This document shows, piece after piece, positions 40,539-40,785 of a stretch of DNA of 40,785 bases. Each line of letters starts with the position of its first letter. Within the stretch, counting starts at the first letter, position 1. The translations under genes and the position numbers were made by a program. Under the pieces are notes generated by a model. It was not told the origin of the DNA. It ran no database searches and saw only the letters and a list, made by a program, of their open reading frames with translations. Origin of the DNA: a bacterium (GTDB lineage Bacteria; SZUA-182; DTGQ01); contig JBFMGO010000043.1 of NCBI GenBank assembly GCA_040752695.1, positions 1 through 40,785 of the forward strand, read 5' to 3'.

Positions 40539-40785
40539 TCCACCAGAGTATATATCATCTCCTCAGGACATCATTCCCTATTCCCTCTTTTAAATCTTGA
40601 ATGGAATTATCCCTCTATTCCTTCCATAGTGCGTCCAAAGGTCAGTATCATATCTTTCGAACCCCGGAGAGTGTTGAAGGGTGAAGGGGTGGCAGGTTTT
40701 AGCCGAAATAAAGATCAAAGCTGTAACCAACCTCCTTTAGGAAAAGTGGACGATAGCCGGCCGCATATTTCATGTGCGATGTACT

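Noticed and set aside
40629..40785. Group II intron 5' end (GTGCG)
   Set aside because: Only a 5-nt match; no domain V or reverse transcriptase is visible.

Overview
A 40.8-kb window from a diderm (Gram-negative) bacterium. The lineage cannot be fixed from sequence alone; the gene content suggests an anaerobic Desulfobacterota-like or uncultured group (inference). Left end (1-6971): part of an aryl-polyene/dialkylresorcinol (flexirubin-like) lipid cluster. One operon on the minus strand encodes a B12-dependent radical SAM enzyme, a DarB-type KSIII, a conserved small protein and a BtrH-like protein (missed by the ORF track, truncated at the window edge). A divergent operon encodes ACP, KS and a chain-length-factor-like protein. 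Middle (7189-16588): two lipoproteins, an outer-membrane barrel, a transposase remnant, nested REP-like palindromes, an M1 metallopeptidase fused to an Omp85-type barrel, a PagL-like deacylase, a secreted (GGLY)n protein and an orphan RHH/UPF0175 gene. Right part (16868-37887): a three-gene minus-strand operon. It encodes a 5899-aa secreted mosaic protein (24 NHL blades, 3 cadherin-like Ig, 8 SbsA-Ig, 13 CARDB, 9 carboxypeptidase-regulatory-like repeats, AT-rich C-terminal cassette), a separately secreted partner carrying the SxDPNDK module that normally ends such giant proteins, and a PEP-CTERM protein. A SagB-like nitroreductase follows. Non-coding signals include short tandem duplications that repeatedly span stop codons and a dispersed AGTAC-starting IS-end-like motif. 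No rRNA, tRNA, CRISPR array or intact transposase was recognised. All family calls are by motif recognition, not database search.
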